Source: Pristiophorus japonicus (Eukaryota). Taken from it: a stretch of 64,000 nucleotides of DNA. Made by a program: the position numbers and the translations under genes. Under the pieces are notes generated by a model, which worked only from the letters and a program-made list of their open reading frames with translations, was not told where the DNA came from and did not search any database. Below are positions 48,310-60,436 of this stretch, in pieces. The DNA lies in assembly GCF_044704955.1 (NCBI RefSeq), contig NC_091995.1, positions 57,164,001 to 57,228,000 of the forward strand, in the 5' to 3' direction. The first letter of the stretch is position 1. Every line of letters starts with the position of its first letter.

Positions 48310-48669
48310 GGGCTGGATTTTCCAATGATATCCGCCTGTTTTTTTTCCCCCGGAGGGGCGGCAATGGCGACGGTGAGATGTGATTTATGTTATGGTGGCC
48401 TAGGCTGTGGATTGGGAATGTTTTTGGTGTTTTTTTCAAGTTTATTTTTCCTCCCCAGGCCCCCCTTAGAGCGCTCCCGGGCCAGCTATTTAGATCGGGA
48501 GTTTCCCATGCTCAGCCGGCCTAGCACCCTCAGAGAGGTGCACAACGCCTCCCTTAGCGCTTCGCCCCATACTCGGGACCCAGCTGCCCAGTGACTGAGG
48601 CGCAAACTCTTCCTGGGCACAAACTTTACCGCCATTACCGCCCGAAATCAGCAAAGCCGAAAATCCATC
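48310..48669. mobile_element. MITE, same family as 7773-8367, internally deleted
   Basis: GGGCTGGATTTTC...GAAAATCCA; shared internal blocks GGGAGTTTCCCAT, CCTCCCTTAGCGCT and ACTCGGGACCCAG. Confidence 0.72.
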
Positions 48670-48964
48670 AAAAGCATCTAACTTGCATCTTCAAGAAATG
48701 CAAAATTGATCAAATATTTTGTATCCTTTACCTTTAGTTGATAATCATTATCATTATCATTCCCCTCCATGTTTCTGTCAGCCTGTGCAGTGCAAGCCTT
48801 TTTTAATGTTGTTCATGGGATTGGGGTGTCACTGGCGAGGCCAGCATTTATTGCCTATCCCTAATTGCCCTTGAGAAGGTGATGTGAGCTGCCTTCTTAA
48901 ACCGCTGCAGTCCCTGTGATGAAACTACTCCACAGTGCTGTTAGGTCAGGAGTTGAGGAAAATA

Positions 48965-49337
48965 AAAAGTCCTGCATTGACAAAGTGCCTTTCACGACCT
49001 CAGGATGTCCTAAACTGCTTTACAGCCAATGAAGGACTTTTGAAATGTAGTCATTTTTATAATGTAGGAAACGTGGCAGATAATTTGCGTGCAACAAAGT
49101 TCCACAAACCGCAGTGTGATCATGATCAGATAATCTCTTTTCTTCAGGTGTGTTGGTTGAGAGATAAACATTGCTGAGAACACTGGTGATAACTCCCCTG
49201 CTCTTCTTTGAATAGTGCCATGGGATTGTTTACATCCACCTGAGAGGGCAGACAGGGCCTCAGCTTAACACCTCATCTGAAAGACGGCACCTCTGACAGT
49301 GGAGGTGAGTGTGCTACCAACTGAGCCACGGCTGACA
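48965..49337 (-). mobile_element. tRNA-headed Deu-domain-type SINE (SacSINE/AmnSINE-like), internally deleted
   Basis: Minus-strand head GTCAGCCGTGGCTCAGTTGGTAGC (A box); body recognised from memory as Deu-SINE-like. Confidence 0.7.
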
Positions 49338-49439
49338 TTTGCTTTGAAATTTTGTTTGTGCATCTCAGTAAAATGAAAGTAGCATTTTCTAGCCCTGTAT
49401 GTACCACGCACATACACAGGATATACTAATGTATTTAAT

Positions 49440-50239
49440 ATGTGTGTATCTCGGGAGCCTCCTATCAAGAAGAGCAGGCATTGATGATGAGATCCAACAC
49501 CGCCTCCAGTGCGCCAGTGCAGCCTTCGGCCATCTGAGGAAAAGAGTGTTTGAAGATCAGTCCCTCAAAACTGTCACCAAGCTCATGGTCTACAGGGCCG
49601 TAGTAATACTCACCCTCCTGTACGGCTCAGAGACGTGGACTATGTACAGTAGACACCTCAAGTTCCTGGAGAAATACCACCAACAATGTCTCCGCAAGAT
49701 CCTGCAAATCCCCTGGGAGGACAGACGCACAAACATTAGCGTCCTCTTCCAGGTCAACATCGCCAGCATTGAAGCACTGACCACACTTGATCAGTTCCGC
49801 TGGGCAGGCCACATAGTTTGCATGCCAGACACGAGACTCCCAAAGCAAGCGCTCTACTCGGAACTCGTCCACGGCAAACGAGCCAAAGACAGGCAGAGGA
49901 AACGTTACAAGGACACCCTCAAAGCCTCCCTGATAAAGTGCGACATCCCGACTGACACCTGGGAGTCCTTGGCCATAGACCGCCCGAAGTGGAGGAAGTG
50001 CATTCGGGAGGGCGCTGAGCTCCTCGAGTATCGTCGCCGAGAGCATGCAGAAATCAAGTGCAGGCAGCGGAAGGAGCGTGCGACAAACCAGGCTCCCTGC
50101 CCACCCTTTCCCTCAACGACTATCTGTCCCACCTGTGACAGAACTGTGGTTCTCGCATTGGACTGTACAGCCACCTAAGAACTCACGCTAAGAGTGGAAG
50201 CAAGTCTTCCTCGATCCCGAGGGATTGCCAATGATGATA
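49440..50239 (+). mobile_element. RTE-clade LINE 3' fragment
   Basis: YLGS...LLYGSETW...RLPKQALYSEL; (ATG)n tail. Confidence 0.92.
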
Positions 50240-50519
50240 TAAATGTTGCACATTAATTCAGGTTGAATCCCAAAATTATTATTATTTGATGAGGAAGGAA
50301 GAAAATAGGAATACAGAAGTTGAGAATCAAGAGCTGTTCAAAATAGTAATAGTACCTTTGGTGCAGAGGGAGCTCATTGTAGCAACACACAAGTACCCAA
50401 CACACCAAAGATAGTCTATTTGTTCAAATTATATCCGATCCATGACACACCTGCTGTGCAGCTATTCAATGGGGAGGTGTTAAACCTTGAACATCGGATT
50501 TACTTGCATCTTACTTTGA

Positions 50520-52348
50520 GTGTAGAAGATTGAGGGGTGTTTGTTTAAGATGATTTAAGGACTTGAAAGGGTAAATGGAGAGAAACTATTTCCTCTGGTG
50601 GGTGAGTCTCGAGCAAGGGGGTATAACCTCAAATTCAGAGCTGGGCCGTTAAGGGGTGATGTCAGGAAGCACTTTTTCACACAAAGGGTGATGGAAATCT
50701 GGAACTCTCTCCCCCAAAAAGCTGTCGAGGCTGGGGGTAAATTGAAAATTTCAAAACTGGGATTGATAGATTTTTGTTTGGCAAAGGTATTAAGAGTTAC
50801 AGACCCAAGGGGGTAGATTGAGATAAGAGGCAGATCAACCATAATCTAATTGAATTGGGCAGAACCAGCTCTAGGGACTGAATAGCCCACTCCTGTTCCT
50901 ATGTTTAATTCAACCAGTAAAGAAGGACATAGTTGGCAAGGGAATAAATAGAGTTATAGAACAGGATTCTAAAAAGATGGTTAAACATAAAGTGAGAGGA
51001 AATCCCATTAAGAATGTGTACAGCAATGCACATAGTGTCTATCATAAAACGGGGGAGCTGGAGGCAATCATGTTTTGCGAGGAACCAGACATAGTAGGGA
51101 TTACTGAGACATGGCTACAGAAAAATCAGGACTGGGAATTAAACATTGCGGGTTATAACGTATTTAGAAAAGATAGAGAGGGGAAAGGGGGAGGTGGTGT
51201 AGCTGTACTTATTAGTGATAAAATAATGGCAGTAAAAAAAAAAAGTGATGCAGCTATCAGCAAGACAAAAATATAATCCATAAGTATAGAGATAAAATAT
51301 AACAAAGGATCAATCACACCAAGAGGGGTAGTCTATAGACCAACTAATAGTGGAAGGGAGGTAGAGGAAGAAATATGTAGACAAATTAGGGAAATGAGTA
51401 AAAAACATAGAATAATAATCATGACTGATTTCAACTTCCCCAATATTAATTGGACAGAAGAGGTAGGTAAAGGGGAGTTCCTACAATGTGTACAGGACTC
51501 CTTTCTAACCCACTATGTAAAAAGCCCAACAAGGGAGGATTCGCTGTTGGATCTAGAAATGGGGAATGAACCAAAGCAGATAAGAGAAGCAAAAGTAAGG
51601 AAACATCTAGGCAATAGTAACCATAATATAATAGATGTGACTGCTGCCAACGACATAAAATCGTTGCGCATGCGCAGTTCGAATGGTCTCTTGGTTGTTC
51701 TTGCTGGACTTCATAGTCAGCAGTCATTTTGATAGAATGGGAATTGTGTTAGTATTGCCGCTCACTAGAATAATTCACAATCCTGTTTCTCAAATGTGGC
51801 CACAGTCCCCAAAGATTTAGGAAAGGACAGTAACTGTTCATAAAATCGGAATGTGTTTAAAATGCTAATGACCTTGATTCGATGTACATATTTGGACGGG
51901 AAGACTTCGCAGGTTTAATGCCTAGATGATAGGATAGATCTATTAAAAAAAAAAGGCTGTGAATATTATCCTGCTAGGTGCATGTTGATAAATCAAATTG
52001 CTAATGGGAAAATGTTGCGCATTTTAAATTTTATTTGCATTTCTTTTTAATAAAATTATTTCCAACAAAGGAAAAAAACGCTTGAGTTGGCATTTACGCA
52101 GACTGCCGTCTGTTGTGAACGTTATTTTTAAAATTTGGGACCTGACTGTTATGCACAGAAGTCTCCAGTAGCTTCTGGTTTGTTGACAGGAGTCACTCCG
52201 TAATTAGTACACTTTAAGATGATAATTGAGAAGGACATAAGGATGAAGAAAACCAGGGTAATAGATTGGAGAAGAGCTGATTTTGAGGGGCTGAGAATAG
52301 AACTTGGGAAAATAAGATGGGTAACAATATTGGCAAACAATGATGTAA
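50520..52348 (+). mobile_element. old CR1 fragments (3' end 50520-50905; endonuclease 50960-52348) with a TIR-bounded insert
   Basis: FFTQRV..WNSLP; GITETWL; DFNFP; LG.S.H. Confidence 0.8.
51634..52198. mobile_element. putative non-autonomous DNA transposon inserted in CR1
   Basis: Imperfect inverted ends GTGACTGCTGCCAAC (51637) and GTTGACAGGAGTCAC (52182-52196), 13/15 match; CR1 resumes after ~52210. Confidence 0.55.
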
Positions 52349-52424
52349 ACCCCCTGCCCCGCCCTCTCCTGCCCTGCCCCGCCCTCTCCTGCCCCGCCCC
52401 GCCCCGCCCTCCCCCACATTCTGC

Positions 52425-53495
52425 ATCTAAACCATGCTATACCTGACTTGGGAGTGTTAGATGGGAGAGTGTAGAGGGAGCTCCTATGTTTTTCTAACTC
52501 CTGACATTAACATTTGAACTTGGCCCATCATCCCTTTTCTCTCTAATCTCTCCTGTCTTCCGCCCTATCACAGACCTTCCCTTTTGTTCATTCTTCCCGT
52601 TCCCCTTTCAGTGCTTATTCAGAATTTATTCTTTCAGAACACTCTCCAGTTATGACGAAGGGTCATCAACCCAAACATTAACTCTGCTTTCTCTCCACAG
52701 ATACTGCCTGACCCGCTGAGATTTCCAGTACTTTGTGTTCTTCTTCCAGATTCCAGCATCCGCAGTATTTTTCTATTGTTGTGGAGGGAGCTTTACTATA
52801 TATCTAACACATGCTAAACCTGCCCTGAGACTGTTTGATAAGACAGTGTAAATGGAACATGATACTATGTCGAACCTATACTATACATGACCAGAGAGTG
52901 TTTAGTGTGACAGTGTAGGGGGATATTTGCACTATACATAACCCGTGTGATACCTGACTTGGGAATGTTTATGGGACAGTGTAGAGTGAGCTATGCTCTG
53001 TATCTAGCCCATGCTCTACCGACCCTCAAACTTTCTAATGGGACGGTGCATAGGAATCTTTACTCAGTATCTAACCTGTGCTGTACCTGCCCTGGATTGT
53101 TTAATGGCTATGTGCAGAGGGAGCTTTGCTCTTTATCTGATCCGTAGCTGACCAGGGACTGTTCGGTACGACAGTGTAGAGGGTTATTTACACTATACCT
53201 AACTCGTGCAAAACCTGACTTGAGAATTTTTGAAGTGGCAGTGTCACCTGCGCTATACCTGATATAGGTATTGTTAGATGAGACAGCGGAGAGAGATCTT
53301 TACATTGTATCTAACCCATGCTGTACCTGACCTGGAACTATTTCATGGGATGGCGTCGAGGGAGCTCTACTCTATATCTCACCCGTACCATTCCTGAGTT
53401 GCGAATGTTTGATGGGACAGTGTAGAATGATATTTACACTATCTAACATGTGCTTTCTCTGCCCTGTTTGTGTTTGATGGGACAGTGTAGAGGGA
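52425..53495 (+). repeat. 67-bp satellite array
   Basis: Same monomer as 29920-34470. Confidence 0.92.
52500..52778 (+). mobile_element. Penelope-like element end with degenerate hammerhead core
   Basis: TGACGAAGGGTC..ACCC.AAAC followed by CTCTCCACAGAT.CTGCCTGACC.GCTGAG; family assignment from memory. Confidence 0.55.
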
Positions 53496-56400
53496 ACATA
53501 GAAACATAGAAAATAGGTGCAGGAGTAGGCCATTCAGCCCTTCTAGCCTGCACCGCCATTCAATGAGTTCATGGCTGAACATGCACTTCAGTACCCCCTT
53601 CCTGCTTTCTCGCCATACCCCTTGATCCCCCGAGTAGTAAGGACTTCATCTAACTCCCTTTTGAATATATTTAGTGAATTGGCCTCAACTACTTTCTGTG
53701 GTAGAGAATTCCACAGGTTCACCACTCTCTGGGTGAAGAAGTTTCTCCTCATCTCGGTCCTAAATGGCTTACCCCTTATCCTTAGACTGTGACCCCTGGT
53801 TCTGGACTTCCCCAACATTGGGAACATTCTTCTTGCATCTAACCTGTCTAAACCCGTCAGAATTTTAAACGTTTCTATGAGGTCCCCTCTCATTCTTCTG
53901 AACTCCAGTGAATACAAGCCCAGTTGATCCAGTCTTTCCTGATAGGTCAGTCCCACCATCCCGGGAATCAGTCTGGTGAATCTTCGCTGCACTCCCTCAA
54001 TAGCAAGAATGTCCTTCCTCAAGTTAGGAGACCAAAACTGTACACAATATTCCAGGTGTGGCCTCACCAAGGCCCTGTACAACTGTAGCAACACCTCCCT
54101 GCCCCTGTACTCAAATCCCCTCGCTATGAAGGCCAACATGCCATTTGCTTTCTTAACCGCCTGCTGTACCTGCATGCCAACCTTCAATGACTGATGTACC
54201 ATGACACCCAGGTCTCGTTGCACCTCCCCTTTTCCTACTCTGTCACCATTCAGAAAATAGTCTGTCTCTCTGTTTTTACCACCAAAGTGGATAACCTCAC
54301 ATTTATCCACATTATACTTCATCTGCCATGCATTTGCCCACTCACCTAACCTATCCAAGTCACTCTGCAGCCTCATAGCATCCTCCTCGCGCTCACACTG
54401 CCACCCAACTTAGTGTCATCTGCAAATTTGGAGATACTACATTTAATCCCCTCGTCTAAATCATTAATGTACAATGTAAACTGCTGGGGCCCCAGCACAG
54501 AACCTTGCGGTACCCCACTAGTCACTGCCTGGCATTCTGAAAAGTATCAATTTACTCCTACTCTTTGCTTCCTGTCTGACAACCAGTTCTCAATCCACGT
54601 CAGCACACTACCCCCAATCCCATGTGCTCTAACCTTGCACATTAATCTCTTGTGTGGGACCTTGTCGAAAGCCTTCTGAAAGTCCAAATATACCACATCA
54701 ACTGGTTCTCCCTTGTCCACTTTACTGGAAACATCCTCAAAAAATTCCAGAAGGTTTGTCAAGCATGATTTCCCTTTCACAAATCCATGCTGACTTGGAC
54801 CTATCATGTCACCATTTTCCAAATGCACTGCTATGACATCCTTAATAATTGATTCCATCATTTTACCCACTACTGAGGACAGGCTGACCGGTCTATAATT
54901 CCCTGTTTTCTCTCTCCCTCCTTTTTTTAAAAAGTGGGGTTACATTGGCTACCCTCCACTCCATAGGAACTGATCCAGAGTCAATGGAATGTTGGAAAAT
55001 GACTGTCAATGCATCCACTATTTCCAAGGCCACCTCCTTAAGTACTCTGGGATGCAGTCCATCAGGCCCTGGGGATTTATCGGTCTTCAATCCCATCAAT
55101 TTCCCCAACACAATTTCCCGACTAATAAAGATTTCCCTCAGTTCCTCCTCTTACTAGACCCTCTGACGCCTTTTATATCCGGAAGGTTGTTGGTGTCCTC
55201 CTTAGTGAATACCGAACCAAAGTACTTGTTCAATTGGTCTGCCATTTCTTTGTTCCCAGTTATGACTTCCCCTGATTCTGACTGCAGGGGATCCACATTT
55301 GTCTTTACTAACCTTTTTCTCTTTACATACCTATAGAAACTTTTGCAATCCGCCTTAATGTTCCCTGCAAGCTTCTTCTCGTACTCCATTTTCCCTGCCC
55401 TAATCAAACCCTTTGTCCTCCTCTGCTGAGTTCTAAATTTCTCCCAGTCCCCGGGTTCACTGCTATTTCTGGCCAATTTGTATGCCACTTCCTTGGCTTT
55501 AATACTATCCCTGATTTCCCTTGATAGCCACGGTTGAGCCACCTTCCCTTTTTTATTTTTACGCCAGACAGGAATGTACAATTGTTGTAGTTCATCCATG
55601 CGGTCTCTAAATGTCTGCCATTGCCCATCCACAGTCAACCCCTTAAGTATCATTCGCCAATCTATCCTAGCCAATTCACGCCTCATACCTTCAAAGTTAC
55701 CCTTCTTTAAGTTCTGGACCATGGTCTCTGAATTAACTGTTTCATTCTCCATCCTAATGCAGAATTCCACCATATTATGGTCACTCTTCTCCAAGGGGCC
55801 TCGCACAAGGAGATTATTAATTAATCCTCTCTCATTACACAACACCCAGTCTAAGATGGCCTCCCCCCTAGTTGGTTCCTCGACATATTGGTCTAGAAAA
55901 CCATCCCTTATGCACTCCAGGAAATCCTCCTCCACCGTATTGCTTCCAGTTTGGCTAGCCCAATCTATGTGCATATTAAAGTCACCCATTATAACTGCTG
56001 CACCTTTATTGCATACACCCCTAATTTCCTGTTTGATACCCTCCCCAACATCACTACTACTGTTTGGAGGTCTGTACACAACTCCCACTAACGTTTTTTG
56101 CCCTTTGGTGTTCTGCAGCTCTACCCATATAGATTCCACATCATCCAAGCTAATGTTCTTCCTAACTATTGCATTAATCTCCTCTTTAACCAGCAATGCT
56201 ACCCTACCTCCTTTTCCTTTTATTCTATCCTTCCTGAATGTTGAATACCCCTGGATGTTGAGTTCCCAGCCCTGATCATCCTGGAGCCACGTCTCCGTAA
56301 TCCCAATCCCATCATATTTGTTAACATCTATTTGCACAGTTAATTCATCCACCTTATTGCGGATACTCCTTGCATTAAGACACAAAGCCTTCAGGCTTGT

Positions 56401-56626
56401 TTTTTTAACACCCTTTGTCCTTTTAGAATTTTGCTGTACAGGGCCCTTTTTGTTCTTTGCCTTGGGTTTCTCTGCCCTCCACTTTTCCTCATCTCCTTTC
56501 TGTCTTTTGCTTTTGCCTCCTTTTTGTCTCCCTCTGTCTCCCTGCATTGGTTCCCATCCCCCTGCCATATTAGTTTAACTCCTCCCCAACAGCACTAGCA
56601 AACACTCCCCCTAGGACATTGGTTCC
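53496..56626 (-). mobile_element. CR1 with nearly complete ORF2 (few frameshifts), inserted in satellite
   Basis: ORFs 55138-56568, 54547-55111 and 53588-54376; TTTCTATG tail. Confidence 0.96.
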
Positions 56627-56710
56627 TTACTCTATATCTAAACTGAGCTACAACTAACATGCAAGGGTTGGTTGCGACAACTGGTCTGAGAGTGTTGATG
56701 GGACAGTATA

Positions 56711-58547
56711 TAAGAACATAAGAACATAAGAATTAGGAACAGGAGTAGACCATCTAGCCCCTCGAGCCTGCTCCGCCATTCAAAAAGATCATGGCTGATC
56801 TGGCCGTGGACTCAGCTCCACTTACCCGCCCGCTCCCCGTAACCCTCAATTCCCTTATTGGTTTAAAATCTATCTATCTGTGATTTGAATACATTCAATG
56901 AGCTAGCCTCAACTGCTTCCCTGGGCAGAGAATTCCAAAGATTCACAACCCTCTGGGAGAAGAAATTCCTTCTCAACTCGGTTTTAAATTGGCTCCCCCG
57001 TATTTTGAGGCTGTGCCCCCTAGTTCTAGTCTCCCCGACCAGTGGAAACAACCTCTCTGCCTTTATCTTGTCGATCCCTTTCATTATTTTAAATGTTTCT
57101 ATAAGATCACCCCTCATCCTTCTGAACTTCAATGAGTAAAGACCCAGTCTACTCAATCTATCATCATAAGGTAACCCCCTCATCTCCGGAATCAACCTAG
57201 TGAATCGTCGCTGTACCCCCTCCAAAGCCAGTATATCCTTCCTTAAGTAAGGTGACCAAAACTGCACGCAGTACTCCAGGTGCGGCCTCACCAATACCCT
57301 GTACAGTTGCAGCAGGACCTCCCTGCTTTTGTACTCCATCCCTCTCGCAATGAAGGCCAACATTCCATTCGCCTTCCTGATTACCTGCTGCACCTGCAAA
57401 CTAACTTTTTGGGATTCATGCGCAAGGACCCCCAGGTCCCTCTGCACCGCAGCATGTTGTAATTTCTCCCCATTCAAATAATATTCCCTTTTACTGTTTT
57501 TTTCCCCCAGGTGGAAGACCTCACATTTTCCGACATTGTATTCCATCTGCCAAACCTTAGCCCATTCGCTTAACCTATCTAAATCTCTTTGCAGCCTCTC
57601 TGTGTCCTCTACACAACCCGCTTTCCCACTAATCTTTGTGTCATTTGCAAATTTTGTTACACTACACTCTGTCCCCTCTTCCAGGTATATTGTAAACAGT
57701 TGTGGTCGCAGTACCGATCCCTGTGGCACACCACTAACCACCGACTTCCAAGCCGAAAAGGACCCATTTATCCTGACTCTCTGCTTTCTGTTAGCCAGCC
57801 AATTCTCGATCCATGCTAATACATTTCCTCTGACTCCGCATACCTTTATCTTCTGCAGTAACCTTTGTGTGGCACCTTATCGAATGCCTTTTGGAAATAT
57901 AAATACACCACATCCATTGGTACACCTCTACCCACCATGCTTGTTATATCCTCAAAGAATTCCAGTAAATTCGTTAAGCATGATTTCCCCTTCATGAATC
58001 CATGTTGCATCTGCTTGATTGCACTATTCCTATCTAGATGTCCCGCTATTTCTTCCTTAATGATAGCTTCAAGCATTTTCCCCACTACAGATGTTAAACT
58101 AACCGGCCTATAGTTACCTGCCTTTTGTCTGCTCTCTTTTTTAAACAGAGGCGTTACATTAGCTGCTTTCCAATCCGCTGGTACCTCCCCAGAGTCCAGA
58201 GAATTTTGGTAGATTATAACGAATGCATCTGCTATAACTTCCGCCATCTCTTTTAATACCCTGGGATGCATTTCATCAGGACCAGGGGACTTGTCTACCT
58301 TGAGTCCCATTAGCCTGTCCAGCACTACCCACCTAGTGATAGTGATTGTCTCAAGGTCCTCCCTTCCCACATTCCCATGACCAGCAATTTTTGGCATGGT
58401 TTTTGTGTCTTTCACTGTGAAGACCGAAGCAAAATAATTGTTTAAGGTCTCAGCCATTTCCACATTTCCCATTATTAAATCCCCCTTCTCATCTTCTGAA
58501 GGACCAACATTTACTTTATTCACTCTCTTCCGTTTTATATATCGGTA
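56711..58547 (-). mobile_element. 5'-truncated CR1 in satellite, same subfamily as 39032-43811
   Basis: RT ORFs; TTCTTATG tail. Confidence 0.95.
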
Positions 58548-59136
58548 GTGGAAGCTTTACTCTTTATCTAACCCGTGCTGTATCTGGCCTGGGATTGTTT
58601 GATAGAATGATGTGGAGGATACTTTACACTGTATCTAACCACTACTACCGGAGCTGAGAGTGTTTCTTCAGGCAGTGTAAAGGGAGCTTTACTCTGTATC
58701 TAACCTGTGCTATAACTGCCTTGGGTTTGTTGGATAGGACAATGTAGAGGGAACTTTACACTGTACCTAATCTGTGCTGTACCTGCCCTGGTACTGTTCA
58801 ATGGGACAGTGTTACAAGCTATACTCTGTATCTAGCCCATGGTATAGCTGACCTGAAAGTGTTTCATGGGACAGTGTAGAGTGAGCTTTATTTGTATCTA
58901 CCCTGTGTAATGCCTGACCTGGGATTGTTTGATGGGACAGTGCAGAGGGTACTTTATTTTGTATCTAACCTGTGCTATATCTCACCTGAGCTTGTTTGAT
59001 GGTACAATGTAGAGGGATATTTATACTTTTACCTAACCTATGCAATACCTGATCTAGGAGGGTTTGATGGGACTATGCACAAGGAGCTTTACACTATATC
59101 TAACCCATGCTGTTCCTGCCCTGCGCGTGTTTGATG
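58548..59136 (+). repeat. 67-bp satellite array
   Basis: Same monomer. Confidence 0.92.
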
Positions 59137-60260
59137 GGGGTAATGTATTGACGTGGATAGAGAACTTGTTAGCAGACAGGAAGCAGAGAGTCGGAATAAA
59201 CGTGTCATTTTCAGAATGGCAGGCAGTGACCAGTGGGGTGCCGCAGGGTTCAGTGCTGGGACCCCAGCTATTTACAATTTATATCAATGATTTAGATGAA
59301 GGAATTGAATGTAATATCTCCAAGTTTGCAGATGACACTAAGCTGGGTGGCCGTGTGAGCTGTGAAGAGGATGCTAAGAGACTGCAGGGTGACTTGGACA
59401 GGTTAGGTGAGTGGGCAAATGCATGGCAGGTGCAGTATAGTGTGGATAAATGTGAGGTAATCCACTTTGGTGGCAAAAACAGGAAGACAGAATATTATCT
59501 GAATGGTGACAGATTAGGAAAAGGGGAGATGCAACGAGACCTGGGTGTCATGGTACATCAGTCATTGAAGTTTGGCATGCAGGTACAGCTGGTGGTGAAG
59601 AAGGCAAATGGCATGTTGGCCTTCATAGCTAGAGGATTTGAGTATAGGAGCAGGGAGGTCTTACTGCAGTTGTACAGAGCCTTGGTGAAGCCACACCTGG
59701 AATATTGTGTTCAGTTTTGGTCCCCTAATCCGAGGAAGGACGTTCTTGCTATTGAGGGAGTACAGCGAAGGTTCACCAGATTGATTCCCGGGATGGCAGG
59801 ACTGACATATGAGGAGAGACTGGATCAAATGGGCTTGTATCCACTGGGGATGAGTTTAGAAGAATGAGAGGGGATCTCATAGAAACATATAAAATTCTGA
59901 CGGGATTGGACAGGTTAGATGCAGGAAGAATGTTCCCATTGCTGGGGAGTTCCAGAACCAGGGGCCACAGTCTAAGAATAAGGGGTAAGCCATTTAGGAC
60001 CAAGATGAGGAGAAACCTCTTCACTCAGAGAGTGGTTAACCTGTGGAATTCTCTACCGCAGAGAGTTGTTGATGCCAGTTAATTGGATATATTCAAGAGG
60101 GAGTTGGATATCGCCCTTACGGCCAAAGGGATCAAGGGGTATGGAGAGAAAGCAGGAAAGGGGTACTGAGGTTGAATGATCAGCCATGATCTTATTGCAT
60201 GGTGGTGAGGCTCGAAGGACCAAATGACCTTCTCCTGCACCTAATTTCTATGTTTCTATG
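59137..60260 (+). mobile_element. 5'-truncated CR1 in satellite
   Basis: [14 protein letters not shown]; TTTCTATG tail. Confidence 0.95.
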
Positions 60261-60436
60261 GGACAGTGTAAAGAGAGCTTTACTCTGTATCTAACCCATG
60301 CTATAACTGTCTTAGGTTTGTTTGATGGTACAATGTAGAGGAATATTTACACTATGCCTATCGCTATAACTGACGGGTTTTTTGGTGGGACAATGTCGAG
60401 GGATCTTTACACTGTATCTACCCGTGCTGTAGCCCC

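Noticed and set aside
50300-50480. Possible exon or integrase relic (KIVIVP..QRELIVATH....H)
   Set aside because: Only a weak resemblance to an integrase zinc-binding region; too short to support.
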